Source: an uncultured Acidobacteriota bacterium (GTDB lineage: Bacteria > Acidobacteriota > Thermoanaerobaculia > Multivoradales > JAHEKO01). From it: a DNA stretch of 64,000 bases. Where the stretch lies: NCBI GenBank assembly GCA_963713825.1, contig CAVQNG010000003.1, forward strand, positions 1,344,001 through 1,408,000. Direction: 5' to 3'. The notes under the pieces are model-generated. The model was not told the DNA's origin. It was given only the letters and a program-made list of their open reading frames with translations, and made no database searches. The number at the start of each line of letters is the position of its first letter. Position 1 is the first letter of the stretch. Both the position numbers and the translations under genes were made by a program. Below are positions 27,322 to 37,780 of the stretch, piece after piece.

Positions 27322-28213
27322 CTCGGACCGCCTTGATGAAGATCTCTTCGAGATCCGGTTCTTGCGATCGAAACTCATGGACCGTGAGAAAGCCGACCAA
27401 GTCGCTCAGCACATCGGCACCACGGGTGTCGGGAGCGAGGAGCAGCTTGGCCGTCCCATCGTGGAACAGGGCCTGCTCGACCCCATGCACATCGGCGAGG
27501 CGATCCAGGTCACCTTCGGCGACCAGGCGGTAGGAGTTGCCACCCAGTCGTCGCTTGATGGCCGAGAGCTCTCCTTCCAGAATCGTGCGTCCGCGGGAGA
27601 TGAGGCAGATGTGGTCGCACAGCTTCTCGGCCTGCTCCATGATGTGGGTGGAGAAGATGATCGTCTTGCCTTGCTGCTTGTAGTCGGCGAGGAGATCTTT
27701 GAACAGTCCTTGATTGATGGGGTCGAGGCCAGAAAAGGGCTCATCGAGGATGACCAGGTCCGGGTCGTGGAGAATCGTGCCAATGAGCTGGATCTTCTGC
27801 TGCATCCCTTTGGAGAGCTCTTCGACCTTCTTCTTTCCCCATGCAGCGAGATCGACGCGCTCGAGCCAGCTGTCGATGGTCGGCAGCGCCTCACGCCGTC
27901 GAATTCCGTGCAGCTCAGCCAGAAAGGCCAGTTGGTCGATGACGGTCATCTTGCGATAGAGGCCCCGCTCCTCGGGCAGATATCCGACGCCGGCGAGGTC
28001 GGTTCGATATCTCGGATGGCCGTTGAGAAGCACCAGTCCGGCATCTGGGGCGATGATGTCCATGATCATGCGCAGGGTCGTCGTCTTGCCGGCCCCATTC
28101 GGCCCCAGAAGGCCGTAGATCGTCCCCTGAGGAACGGCGAAGGAGACCCCGTTCACGGCAGTGAAATCGCCGAAAGACTTGGAGACCGCTTGCAGCTCGA
28201 GTGTAGGCGTCAT
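27308..28213 (-). CDS. ABC transporter ATP-binding protein (NatA/YhaQ-like)
   Basis: GPNGAGKTT, GYLPEERGLY, LSKGMQQK, ILDEPFSGLDP, PDLEEIF. Confidence 0.93.
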   Translation of the reverse strand: MTPTLELQAVSKSFGDFTAVNGVSFAVPQGTIYGLLGPNGAGKTTTLRMIMDIIAPDAGLVLLNGHPRYRTDLAGVGYLPEERGLYRKMTVIDQLAFLAELHGIRRREALPTIDSWLERVDLAAWGKKKVEELSKGMQQKIQLIGTILHDPDLVILDEPFSGLDPINQGLFKDLLADYKQQGKTIIFSTHIMEQAEKLCDHICLISRGRTILEGELSAIKRRLGGNSYRLVAEGDLDRLADVHGVEQALFHDGTAKLLLAPDTRGADVLSDLVGFLTVHEFRSQEPDLEEIFIKAVRDAAE

Positions 28214-28387
28214 GGGCGATGGTGGCAACGAACTAGTTCTGGGATCCAGAGTTGATTCTACCCGGCAGCGAAGCGGTGGAAACAACCAGTACCTCGACAC
28301 GTAGGTGGCAAGGTGGTAGAAAGTGCGGACCTCTAGGAGAGGGCAAGGCTCGGTCGAGCTGCCCTCTGGAAACTTCCCCAGACTCGA

Positions 28388-30487
28388 ATGCGTTCGTTCT
28401 GCTTGCTGATCGCCTCTCTATCCATACCGCTGCCAGTACTGGCAGCGGTTGATGGTCTTGTTACGACGGATACCGGAACCCCGGTCGAGCATGCACGCGT
28501 GGAGGTCGCGGACTCCTCTCGTGTGGCTTTCTCGGAGATGGGCGGGCAGTTCCGCCTCGAGGATGTGGAACCGCCGCTGCTGCTGCTGATCACCCATCCG
28601 CGCTTCGTGACTCAGGCCCTCTCCATCGAGGCCGGAGATCCGATGCCGATTGAAGTCAGGCTGGCGGCGAAACAGGAGATCTACGAAGAGATCGCCGTAT
28701 CCGCCAACCGTGGGGAGGTCAACTTCTCACCCATCACGGTGGCGAGCAGCGTCGTCGAGGTGCAGGATGCGGCGACTCCGCCTGGCACCGTGACCGAGAT
28801 GATCGCAACGGTACCGACCGTTTCGGAGAACGGCCAGGGGGGGCTCCTCCAGACCTACTCGATTCGCGGTATGTCTCGCCAACGTGTCATGACGCTGGTG
28901 TCAGGGATGCGTATCATGGCCGAGCGGCGCGCCGGCGTCTCCGCGTCGTTCCTCGACCCTCTGCTCGTAAGCGCCGTGGACGTCGTGCGGGGACCCTCCT
29001 CGACCTACTATGGATCCGGCGCCATCGGCGGTGTCGTCCAACTGTTTCCCCGCTCGTTCGATTCCTGGGCTGTCGAAGCCGGCTATTCGGGTCAGGGTAA
29101 CGAGACCTTTGGTACCGCGGGTTGGGGAGGCCGGGGCTGGTCCGGTGGACTGGCCTATCGCACCGCGTCGGACAGCGAGACCCCGGAGGGTGAGACCCTC
29201 AATTCCGCTTTCACGCAGACCTCGGGCACCATGAAGAAAGAGTGGGGCTCCGGGCGGTACAGCTACGAGCTCTTGGGGATCGGTTCACTGGCCAGCGATA
29301 TTGGCAAGTCGAGCACGGATTTTCCAGAGCGCACGACGATCTATCCTGAGGAGCGCCATCTGCTGCTGCGATTCGCCATGACGGCCGAGAGCGGCTGGGG
29401 TCTGGAAGCGTGGGCCCATCCCAACGACCTGGAGACGGAAGTGCTCGAGGAGAACGTGTCGTTCTCCCAGGTCGACAACGAGGCGTTCGACCTGGGGCTC
29501 ACCTGGCAGCGACAGAAGACGCTGAAAGGTTCCAAATCGGTGCGTTTTGGTCTCGACTGGGTCGGCCGGCGCAATGTCAGTGCCCTCGAGAGCACGTTCG
29601 ACCTGGTCGACAACGAACAGACAGTACAGAAGACCCTCGACGACGGTGAGGAAGACGAGATCGGAGCGTATGGGGCTCTGGAGTGGAATTGGGGACGCGC
29701 GACGCTGGTGGCCGGCGGCCGACTGACCTATCAGAGGCAGTCCAACTCCGGCGATCCGAGCACCGATGATTCGGCAGCCAGCGGCTTCGCTGGTCTCGTT
29801 GTGCCACTGGGAGCTGGGTTCGAGCTGGTTGGGAACGTCGGATCCGGCCTGCGCTTCCCGACTCTGAGCGAGCGCTACTTCAGCGGCGTGACGGGCCGCG
29901 GCGAAGTCGTCGGAAACCCGAGCCTCGATCCGGAGCGCTCCGTCAATCTGGAGACCGGGTTGCGCTGGTACGGCACCAAGCTGTTTCTGTCGGGCTACCT
30001 CTTTCGCAACGACATCGACGACTACATCGAGCGCATCGAGGTCGAGCCGAACCTGCTCACCTTCGTCAATCTGACATCGGGCACCATCCAGGGGATCGAG
30101 GCCGAAGGGCACTATCAGATCGACGAGCACTGGAGCTTCGAGTTCGGCGCCCACCTGATGGAGGGCGACAACGATCAGGGTGAGCCCCTCGCCGACATCC
30201 CCGCCAACCGGTTCTTCCTGGGTGGCAGGTGGAGTCAGGGGGCCTGGATGGGTCGGCTGCGCTGGGAGGAGCGGGCTGAGAAGGACGATCCGGGAAGTGG
30301 CGAGAAGGTGATTCCCTCGGCCAGCCTCCTGTCGGCGGCGCTCGACTACGAGCTGCAAGAGGGACTGGTGCTGTCCTTGAACGGCCGCAACCTACTGGAC
30401 ACTTCGTACTTCAACTCGCCGGATCGCAAGGTGCCCTGCTCACCTGGTCGCTCGATCGGTGTCACACTACGCTGGCGACCTCAGTAG
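28388..30487 (+). CDS. TonB-dependent outer-membrane receptor
   Basis: Signal peptide, N-terminal carboxypeptidase-regulatory-like domain, EEIAVSA TonB box, SIRG, VVRGPSS..YGSGAIGGVV, GNPSLDPE, NLLD. Confidence 0.92.
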   Translation: MRSFCLLIASLSIPLPVLAAVDGLVTTDTGTPVEHARVEVADSSRVAFSEMGGQFRLEDVEPPLLLLITHPRFVTQALSIEAGDPMPIEVRLAAKQEIYEEIAVSANRGEVNFSPITVASSVVEVQDAATPPGTVTEMIATVPTVSENGQGGLLQTYSIRGMSRQRVMTLVSGMRIMAERRAGVSASFLDPLLVSAVDVVRGPSSTYYGSGAIGGVVQLFPRSFDSWAVEAGYSGQGNETFGTAGWGGRGWSGGLAYRTASDSETPEGETLNSAFTQTSGTMKKEWGSGRYSYELLGIGSLASDIGKSSTDFPERTTIYPEERHLLLRFAMTAESGWGLEAWAHPNDLETEVLEENVSFSQVDNEAFDLGLTWQRQKTLKGSKSVRFGLDWVGRRNVSALESTFDLVDNEQTVQKTLDDGEEDEIGAYGALEWNWGRATLVAGGRLTYQRQSNSGDPSTDDSAASGFAGLVVPLGAGFELVGNVGSGLRFPTLSERYFSGVTGRGEVVGNPSLDPERSVNLETGLRWYGTKLFLSGYLFRNDIDDYIERIEVEPNLLTFVNLTSGTIQGIEAEGHYQIDEHWSFEFGAHLMEGDNDQGEPLADIPANRFFLGGRWSQGAWMGRLRWEERAEKDDPGSGEKVIPSASLLSAALDYELQEGLVLSLNGRNLLDTSYFNSPDRKVPCSPGRSIGVTLRWRPQ

Positions 30488-30508
30488 TCACTGCCCCGCA
30501 AAGCTGGT

Positions 30509-31264
30509 TCAGGCCTGGTTGGCCTCCTCCACGTGCTTCTTGTAGAGCTTCAGAGGCTTGCGCCGAGTCTTTCGTAGCCGCAGATTCAGGACTTCCACGA
30601 AGACCGAGAAGCCCATGGCGAAGTAGATGTAGCCCTTGGGGATGTGGAATCCGAGCCCATCGGCGACCAGCGCCATGCCGACGAGCAGCAGGAAGCTCAA
30701 AGCCAGCATCTTGACGGTCGGGTGATCTTCCACGAAGTCGCCAATCGGTTTGGCGAACGCCATCATGAAGAGCACCGCCACGACGACAGCGGTCACCATG
30801 ACCGGGATCTGCTGCACCATGCCGATGGCGGTGATGACCGAATCGAGAGAGAACACGATGTCCAGCAGCATGATCTGAACCAGAACGCTGCCGAATCTGG
30901 CGGTCCCTGCCGAGACCGTGATGTCCTCTTCTCCCTCCAACTTGTCGTGGATCTCGTGCGTGCTCTTGGCGAGCAGGAACAAGCCTCCCACGATGAGTAT
31001 CAGGTCCCGGCCGGAGACGCCGTGACCGAAGACCGTGAACATGGGCGAGGTGAGCCGAACGATCCAGGCAAGCGACAGCAGGAGCAGGATGCGCATGATC
31101 ATGGCGAGTGCCAACCCGATCATCCGGCCCTTCTGGCGCTGCTCTTCGGGCAGCTTGCCCGCCAGTATGGAGATGAAGATGATGTTGTCGATCCCCAGAA
31201 CGATCTCGAGGGACGTCAACGTGATCAGCGCGATCCATGCTTGGGGGTCACTCAGCCATTCCAT
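30509..31264 (-). CDS. TerC-family membrane protein
   Basis: LEIVLGIDN, LDIVFSLDSVITA, HPTVKMLALSFL, IPKGYIYFAM. Start MEWLSDP at 31264. Confidence 0.93.
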   Translation of the reverse strand: MEWLSDPQAWIALITLTSLEIVLGIDNIIFISILAGKLPEEQRQKGRMIGLALAMIMRILLLLSLAWIVRLTSPMFTVFGHGVSGRDLILIVGGLFLLAKSTHEIHDKLEGEEDITVSAGTARFGSVLVQIMLLDIVFSLDSVITAIGMVQQIPVMVTAVVVAVLFMMAFAKPIGDFVEDHPTVKMLALSFLLLVGMALVADGLGFHIPKGYIYFAMGFSVFVEVLNLRLRKTRRKPLKLYKKHVEEANQA

Positions 31265-31803
31265 TCTTCTTCTCCTTCCAAATCGTCCGGCAGCAGGGCA
31301 TAGAGGAACAAGTCCATCAGCCGGCCATTCTTGAAGACACCCTTCCGGAGGCGACCTTCCAGGCTGAAGCCAGCCTTCTCCAGGACTCGACAAGAAGCCG
31401 GATTGATCTCGTAGACATGGGCTTGGATGCGCGCAAAATCCAACTCCCGAAAAGCCCAGCGGGTGAAGACCTGAAGAGCGCGGGTCGCAACGCCCTGTCC
31501 CCAGAAAGGTTCACCGAGCCAATACCCCACCTCGGCGGTGCGACGAAAAACGTCGTCGCGCAGCAGCAATCCGATGCCGCCGATCAGCTCGTCGGGAGTG
31601 GCGAGTGCGAAGCTGATTTCTGGATCCTGTTCGTGGGCTGCCTGTAGCCACTCGTGGGCCGCTTCTTCGGTGTAGGGGTGCGGAAAGTGGTCCAGGAGTT
31701 GGCCTGCAATGGCCGCGTTGTTGGCGTACTTCATGAGCGCTGCCACGTCACCGTCGTCGTAGCTGCGGATGAGGACGTCCCCTTTTCCGATGGGCAGTCT
31801 CAT
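31252..31803 (-). CDS. GNAT N-acetyltransferase (RimJ/RimL-like)
   Basis: FPHPYT, EVGYWLGEPFWGQG, NPAS.RVLEKAGF..EG. Confidence 0.92.
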   Translation of the reverse strand: MRLPIGKGDVLIRSYDDGDVAALMKYANNAAIAGQLLDHFPHPYTEEAAHEWLQAAHEQDPEISFALATPDELIGGIGLLLRDDVFRRTAEVGYWLGEPFWGQGVATRALQVFTRWAFRELDFARIQAHVYEINPASCRVLEKAGFSLEGRLRKGVFKNGRLMDLFLYALLPDDLEGEEEWNG

Positions 31804-32864
31804 GAGGTTGTGGGGGTGCCCTGCGCGGCGGACGGATCGAGAACGGCGGCACCTTCGATGGTGCCGGATCGCAGTCGCTCGAGCGCCAGGTTGGCCTGGG
31901 TCAGTGGGAAGACCTCGATCTGGGACTGCACGGGCACACGAGGCGCGACTTCGAGGAACTCCTCTCCGTCTTCGCGGGTCAGATTGGCGACGGAGCGAAC
32001 GACCCGCTCCCCCCAGAGGAGGTCGTAGGAGAAGGCCGGTATCTCACTCATGTGAATGCCGGCGCAGACTACGATGCCCGCCTTGCGTACCGCCCGAAGC
32101 GACAGGGGGAGCAAGGCTCCGACCGGGGCGAAGAGAATTGCGGCATCAAGCTCTTCCGGGGGAAGCTCGTCGGAAGCCCCTGCCCAGATTGCACCGAGCC
32201 GTCTGGCGAAAGCTTGACCCTCTTTGTCGCCCGGTCGGGTGAAGGCATAGACCTCCCTTCCCTGGTGTCGAGCGACCTGCGCGATGATGTGGGCGGCCGC
32301 GCCGAATCCGTAGAGACCGACTCTGTGAGCCTCGCCGGTCATGCGAAGAGATCGAAAGCCGATCAGTCCTGCACAGAGCAGGGGAGCGGCCTCGAAATCC
32401 GAGAAGCTCTCGGGGATGGGGAAGCAATACCGTGCATCGGCGAGTGTGTACTCGGCATATCCACCGTCGATTTGGTAGCCGGTGAAGCGGGCCTGGTCAC
32501 AGAGGTTCTCCCGACCTCCGGTGCAGTAATCGCATTTGCCGCAGGTCCAGCCCAGCCACGGTATGCCGACTCGCTGCCCTGTCTCGAGGCCGTCGACGTT
32601 GGGACCGAGCGCCGCCACCGTGCCGACGATCTCATGGCCCAGGACGAGCGGCAGCTTGGGCTCGTCGAGGTCTCCGTCCACGACATGCAGGTCGGTGCGG
32701 CAGACCCCGCAGGCCGTCACACGAATAAGCACCTGGCCGGGGCCACACCGGGGTGTCTCAATCTCCACCAAGCGGAGTGGGTCCCCGACTCGCTCGAAGA
32801 GCATAGCCCTCATGGTCGCTGGTGGGGCTGGGCTTTCCGGTTTTGTAGCGATATTGGTCATCAA
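31800..32864 (-). CDS. Zinc-dependent alcohol dehydrogenase
   Basis: GVCRTDLH, LGHEIVG, CGKCDYC..GRENLC, APLLCAG, GLYGFGAAAH. Confidence 0.95.
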   Translation of the reverse strand: MMTNIATKPESPAPPATMRAMLFERVGDPLRLVEIETPRCGPGQVLIRVTACGVCRTDLHVVDGDLDEPKLPLVLGHEIVGTVAALGPNVDGLETGQRVGIPWLGWTCGKCDYCTGGRENLCDQARFTGYQIDGGYAEYTLADARYCFPIPESFSDFEAAPLLCAGLIGFRSLRMTGEAHRVGLYGFGAAAHIIAQVARHQGREVYAFTRPGDKEGQAFARRLGAIWAGASDELPPEELDAAILFAPVGALLPLSLRAVRKAGIVVCAGIHMSEIPAFSYDLLWGERVVRSVANLTREDGEEFLEVAPRVPVQSQIEVFPLTQANLALERLRSGTIEGAAVLDPSAAQGTPTTS

Positions 32865-33226
32865 TCGTCGAGCGGCCCGCTGACCATCGCTTCGATGAAA
32901 TCTGCGATCTGCAGCAGTTGATCCACGCTCATCGAGCCTACTGTGCTACGCACGACCGAGGGAAGCACCCTCCCGGCAGTTCCAAGTGCCACTTCCACTC
33001 CTTTGCGCCGGATGGTGCCCACACCGACCAGCTCCAAGGGGTGGAGAAAGAAATAGGTCAGCCCGGTGTGGGTCAAATCGATAACCAGGTCGATCAAGTC
33101 GGCCACGACCTTGCGGTCGGCGGGATCCTTCCGCAATGCAGACACAACCTCCGAGATCCTGGTGTACTGGACCGGGTCGATCTCGAAGGCGACTCTGCCG
33201 CCACTGCCGGTCTTACTCGTCGTCAT
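32861..33226 (-). CDS. Hypothetical helical protein
   Basis: 121-aa ORF tightly packed in the operon (13 bp after the amidohydrolase stop, 4-bp overlap with ADH). Confidence 0.7.
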   Translation of the reverse strand: MTTSKTGSGGRVAFEIDPVQYTRISEVVSALRKDPADRKVVADLIDLVIDLTHTGLTYFFLHPLELVGVGTIRRKGVEVALGTAGRVLPSVVRSTVGSMSVDQLLQIADFIEAMVSGPLDD

Positions 33227-33238
33227 GATCGAATCAGC

Positions 33239-35245
33239 TCACTGGCCAACGCCGATGGCCTGGTACATTTCGGTTGGGCGAAAAATCGTGCCGTCCTTCA
33301 CCGTCAGCGTCACCTTGCGGATATCCGACATGTCTGCGATGGGATCTCCATCGATGAGGACGAAATCAGCCAACTTGCCGACCTCGATGCTGCCCAGCCG
33401 TTCGGCTCGACCTGCGATCTTGGCTGAGCCCAGTGTCGCCAGGCCCAACACTTCGGCTGGCGGAATTCCCGCTTCCACATAGAGCTCCAGCTCACGGTGC
33501 AGCCCGAAGCCGGCCAGGGTGTCGGTTCCGGCCACGATCGGAATCCCTGCTCGGTAGACTTCTCCGACCATCCTGACCATCACTCTGAAGGAGCGCTCGT
33601 AGCGCTCCTCCTCGCCAGCGGGTGGTTCCAGGCCACCGCCCATCATGCCTCGGCGAACCTGCGGCGGCAGCCGATGGATGATGGGCTTCCAGGTGACCGG
33701 CACGATGCCGGGACGAGCCGTGAACATGCCTTCGAAAATGGCGATCGTCGGATCCACGATGATGGCCTTCTGACGCAGGAACTCGAAGAAGGCGAGGGTC
33801 TCGGGGGCCTCGAAATCGAAGTCCGCGGCGCGTTGGGCCACCTCGGTGAAGCGGGCCGGTGTGCGCGTATCGATCCCTTCGTCGCCCCAGAAGGTCAGGA
33901 ACAGCATGTTGGCGTGTTGAATCTCGTCGAAGCCGTCCTTGATCGCCTGCTCGGCCGTCATGCCATTGGGTATGTGACCACTCACCCGCATGCCCCGATG
34001 GTGTGCTCGCTCGGCCATGTAAGGCACCAGCTCGGGCAGGACCGAGCTGTAGATTTTGATCTGCTCGAAGCCCAGGTCGCCGTAGCGATCGATGGCCACC
34101 CTGGCCTCTTCCTCGGTGTCGACCAGAATCTTGGTGGGTCCGGCATAGGGTCCAGGGCCATCGATGAAGCCGGACAAGATGAGTCGTGGGCCGACGGCTG
34201 TACCCTCCTGCCATGCGAGCCTGAGGGCCAGGGCTTTGTCGATGTCATTGGCCATGTCCCGCACCGTCGTCACTCCGGCGGCGAGATTGAGAATTCCATC
34301 GAGGTCGCCGACGTGGGTGTGCATGTCCCAGAGGCCTGGCATGAGAAGCTTGCCGCCAGCATCGATGACCTCGACCTCCTTCGGCAGCTCCAGGGTGCCA
34401 TCCTCTCCGACAGCCCGGATGGTGTTGCCGACCACGAGGACCGTCTGGCCGTCGACGGGCTTCTCTCGGGTGGCGTCCCAAACGCGAGCGTTTTCGAAAG
34501 CCACTCCGTGCTCGGGTTGATGCGCGAGGCGCCCAACCAGCCCTGCTGTCCAGGCGGTGTTGGCGGCATCGTCGATCCGCGCCATCTCCTCACCGATCGA
34601 CTCCCAGCCCTCCGGCAGGAACGAGAACCACATGCTGGTAGCGCCGAAGAACTCATTCTTCTCGTCGAGCCAGATAAACGTCGGGGAGAAGCCGAGGCCG
34701 GTAAGGGAGACATGGCGGAGGTTCTTCGTCCGACCTTCGGTCGAGAAAGTCCTTTCTCCCACGATTTCGAGGTGTGCTTCGCCATCCGGTAGAAGGTCGA
34801 TAAGCTGATCGGGCGAGGTGAGCAGTGCCCTGGCGAGAAGCCCCAGCTCGGGGCAAGCGCTCTCCCGGCTGAGGTAGAACGCGGCCCCCGCGAGGGGTCT
34901 GTCGTCCTTCTCCTGACTGTTCTGCCAGCGTACCGCCCCCCCACTCCAACTGAAGCTCTCATCGACCGCGGCCTTCATGTAGTCGTTACCCGTGGTGGCG
35001 ATCTCTCTTGGCAGTCCGTCGTCACCGAGGACGACACGGGTGTCGAGATTCGGTCCACGGCCGCGGTCGTTGAACTCGAAGTGACACTGCAGCTCTCCGG
35101 GCTCAGGAGTCTCGATCTCCATGAAACCGGCCGGATTGCCCTGGATCAGCACTACCCATTTTTCGGCCGAAGCCGGGGCAGTGGCGATCATCAGAACGGT
35201 CGCGAGCAGAGGTGGCAGCCGGAGCCAGGGCCAGGATTGGTTCAT
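33239..35245 (-). CDS. Secreted metal-dependent amidohydrolase
   Basis: Signal peptide; LMPGLWDMHTH, GVTTVRD, IKIY, SGH, IQH, AGTD, GKLADFVL. Confidence 0.92.
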   Translation of the reverse strand: MNQSWPWLRLPPLLATVLMIATAPASAEKWVVLIQGNPAGFMEIETPEPGELQCHFEFNDRGRGPNLDTRVVLGDDGLPREIATTGNDYMKAAVDESFSWSGGAVRWQNSQEKDDRPLAGAAFYLSRESACPELGLLARALLTSPDQLIDLLPDGEAHLEIVGERTFSTEGRTKNLRHVSLTGLGFSPTFIWLDEKNEFFGATSMWFSFLPEGWESIGEEMARIDDAANTAWTAGLVGRLAHQPEHGVAFENARVWDATREKPVDGQTVLVVGNTIRAVGEDGTLELPKEVEVIDAGGKLLMPGLWDMHTHVGDLDGILNLAAGVTTVRDMANDIDKALALRLAWQEGTAVGPRLILSGFIDGPGPYAGPTKILVDTEEEARVAIDRYGDLGFEQIKIYSSVLPELVPYMAERAHHRGMRVSGHIPNGMTAEQAIKDGFDEIQHANMLFLTFWGDEGIDTRTPARFTEVAQRAADFDFEAPETLAFFEFLRQKAIIVDPTIAIFEGMFTARPGIVPVTWKPIIHRLPPQVRRGMMGGGLEPPAGEEERYERSFRVMVRMVGEVYRAGIPIVAGTDTLAGFGLHRELELYVEAGIPPAEVLGLATLGSAKIAGRAERLGSIEVGKLADFVLIDGDPIADMSDIRKVTLTVKDGTIFRPTEMYQAIGVGQ

Positions 35246-35359
35246 GAATCCTCCAAGAAGATCGGGAGAAGCTGGTGCCTCGAAAGAACTGCTGGGAACG
35301 GTTCGACTCTAGCACGGGGGTTGAAGGCCCCCGGCGAGCCGCCATCGTCGTCCAGGTCT

Positions 35360-36385
35360 CTATGCGGCACACCAGAAGTCGACCGTCTCGAGCAGGTCCA
35401 GAGACTCGAGTCGTTGACGAATTAGAGCCCGGGCTCCCCTCGAGGAGACCGCCGCCACCAGGACTCGACTGGTCGTTTCCTCCAGCAGTTGGGGAAGATC
35501 CTCTGGCGAATGGACAGGCCTGTTTCGCAATGTGCCACCGATCTTGGCGGTGTCGATGTCGATGAATGTCGTGACCGAAGCACCCTCCCGGATCAGATGC
35601 TTCGACAGGCGTCGGCCGGTCTGACCGGCGCCCCAGACGATGACACTGTCCACGCCCTTCAGAGGCCCGTGGGTCAGATGATGGGCCTTGCACGCGAGAA
35701 AACGCTCGACGGCGTAGCGGGGATCTGTGAAGGTCAGCCTCCCTTCGTGGTGTCGCCAGAAGTACAGCTCCTCGGGCACCTTGCCGAACCGCTTGCCGGC
35801 CGCAGCCAGCCGGAGCCAGAGATCGTAGTCCTCGGGGAATCCCACTTCACGATAGCCTCTCGCCTCTTCCAGCACGGATCGACGCACCATCGCCGCTGGG
35901 TGCGGGATGGGGCTCTCGATGAACCGCTCGCGGAGGATCTGGTCGTGGGTCACCAGGCTGTTGAGCCAGCCCTCGTAGATTCGCAGGCCTTCGCGAAGGG
36001 TCTCGTCCGGGAAGTGGGTCACCAGGCTGGCGACCACGTCCAGGTCGGGAGAGTCCTCGAACGCCTGCGCTTGGAGCTCCAGCCGCCTGGGGTGCACCTT
36101 GTCGTCAGCATCCATCCGTGCGATGAGCTCTCCTCGGCAGGCGGAAAGACCCGCGTTTAGAGTTTCCACCAGCCCCGAATGAGGTCGGGTCAAGACTCGG
36201 ATGCGGGAATCTCGGGAGCACCAGACTTTCAGGATCTCTGCCGACCCGTCGCTGGACCCATCGTCCACAGCCACGATCTCGAAGTCCTCGAAGCTCTGCT
36301 CGAGGAGGCTGGCGAGGCACTCATCGAGAAATTTCTCGCCGTTGAAGATCGGCAGAAGAACGGAGATGGTGGGCGAGGGAGGCAC
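35360..36385 (-). CDS. Glycosyltransferase family 2
   Basis: ISVLLP.FN, VDDGSSD, ARMDADD, EDYDLWLR, C-terminal WGAG.TG Rossmann-like domain. GTG start inferred. Confidence 0.9.
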   Translation of the reverse strand: MPPSPTISVLLPIFNGEKFLDECLASLLEQSFEDFEIVAVDDGSSDGSAEILKVWCSRDSRIRVLTRPHSGLVETLNAGLSACRGELIARMDADDKVHPRRLELQAQAFEDSPDLDVVASLVTHFPDETLREGLRIYEGWLNSLVTHDQILRERFIESPIPHPAAMVRRSVLEEARGYREVGFPEDYDLWLRLAAAGKRFGKVPEELYFWRHHEGRLTFTDPRYAVERFLACKAHHLTHGPLKGVDSVIVWGAGQTGRRLSKHLIREGASVTTFIDIDTAKIGGTLRNRPVHSPEDLPQLLEETTSRVLVAAVSSRGARALIRQRLESLDLLETVDFWCAA

Positions 36386-36504
36386 GGTACCTGGAGCTCC
36401 GGTGGTTCGATAGGCGCGGGCAAGTGTAACCTTCCGGAAACGCCGTTCCGCCGGGCCTCGTCCAGCCGGCAGAGCCCGCCGCTTCCACAACGGGAGTCAA
36501 AGTC

Positions 36505-36930
36505 ATGTGCGATCACTATCGGAAGCTCGAGCGGATGTACCTTTCCGCACCGGTCAATCGGATCTACTCTCCAAAGATTCAGATCGACGAGGGCCGAGCC
36601 GTCGTCGAGATCAAAGTCGGCGAACAGTTCTTCCACGCGGCAAATGCGGTCCACGGTGCGGTCTACTTCAAGGCCCTCGATGACGCCGCATTCTTCGCGG
36701 CGAACTCCCTCGTCACGGACACCTTTGTTCTTACGGTCTCGTTCAATGTCTACTTCACACGTCCCGTGAGAGAAGGAACGCTGCGTGCGGAGGGTCGAGT
36801 TGTCAGCCGCTCGAAGAGCCTCATCATTGCCGAGGCCGTCCTTTTCAACGGCGACGTCGAAGTGGCTCGCGGCAGCGGGTCCTTCGTTCCGAGCAAGATC
36901 GAGCTGTCGGAGAAGCTCGGCTACTGCTGA
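36505..36930 (+). CDS. PaaI-family hotdog thioesterase
   Basis: HAANAVHGAVYFKALDDAAFFA. Confidence 0.88.
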   Translation: MCDHYRKLERMYLSAPVNRIYSPKIQIDEGRAVVEIKVGEQFFHAANAVHGAVYFKALDDAAFFAANSLVTDTFVLTVSFNVYFTRPVREGTLRAEGRVVSRSKSLIIAEAVLFNGDVEVARGSGSFVPSKIELSEKLGYC

Positions 36931-36934
36931 GTCC

Positions 36935-37720
36935 TCACTCGAGCTTCTCGACAGGCAGCTGGAGGTCGTCTGGAAGGCTGCCACGCAGCGCTGTCTCGTA
37001 GAAGCGTCGTCGCAGCTCCATTCCCTCCTCGGGAGTGAGGTCTCCCGGCTCGCCCCAGGCGCGGCGGCGGGACTCGACGGCCCAGGACAATGTGACGGCA
37101 GCTGCGACGGAGATATTCAGGGATTGAGAGAGCCCATAGAGGGGTATCACAAAGGTCCCGTCGCAGGCCTCGATGAGCTCCGCGGGAAGTCCCTTGGACT
37201 CGTTGCCGAAGAGGATCGCCATAGGCCTGGTGAAGTCCATCTCCGTGAGGGGTAGGGCGCCTTCGTTGAAGGCAGCCGCGTAGAAAGCCAGGCCCCGATC
37301 CCGCAGCTGGTTCTGGGCGCTGGCAAAGTCGGAGTGCTCGATGACATCGATCCAGCGGTGCGCATTCTGGGTGATTCGTGGGCTGGCATGGAGGGAGCGT
37401 CCCTCTGTGCTATGGATGAAGTGGAACTCTTGCAGGCCCAGGGCCTCGCAGCTGCGCATGACCGCCGCCTGGTTGTGCGGGTCGTGAACGCCGTGCAGCA
37501 CCGGCACCAGTGTGCGAGTTCGATGGCGGATGGCCTCTTCGAGACGGAAACGCCGCACAGGGTTGAGCAGGCCCCGGTCGCGAAAGGCTTGCAGCTCCGC
37601 GGGGAACTCGTCGGTGAGCCTCTCCAAGTCGGCCAACTGCTCCTCGGTCGGCGGCGGCTTGGGCGTGCGGCCGCCCCTCGGTGAGGGTGTCCCATCGGCT
37701 CGCAATCTGCGCTTGGTCAT
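36935..37720 (-). CDS. trmH: SpoU/TrmH-family tRNA 2'-O-methyltransferase
   Basis: DPHN.AAVMRSCEA.G, ILFGNE..G, IPLYG..QSLNISVAAA. Confidence 0.85.
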   Translation of the reverse strand: MTKRRLRADGTPSPRGGRTPKPPPTEEQLADLERLTDEFPAELQAFRDRGLLNPVRRFRLEEAIRHRTRTLVPVLHGVHDPHNQAAVMRSCEALGLQEFHFIHSTEGRSLHASPRITQNAHRWIDVIEHSDFASAQNQLRDRGLAFYAAAFNEGALPLTEMDFTRPMAILFGNESKGLPAELIEACDGTFVIPLYGLSQSLNISVAAAVTLSWAVESRRRAWGEPGDLTPEEGMELRRRFYETALRGSLPDDLQLPVEKLE

Positions 37721-37780
37721 GCCTGCTGTTCAGTATAAGGGCACCAGGAGGTCCTGGGTCCTAGGCAGATGACTACGATT

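Noticed and set aside
30509-31264. TerC as part of a tellurite-resistance or defence island
   Set aside because: A single TerC-family gene at the end of a mixed operon, with no other ter genes.
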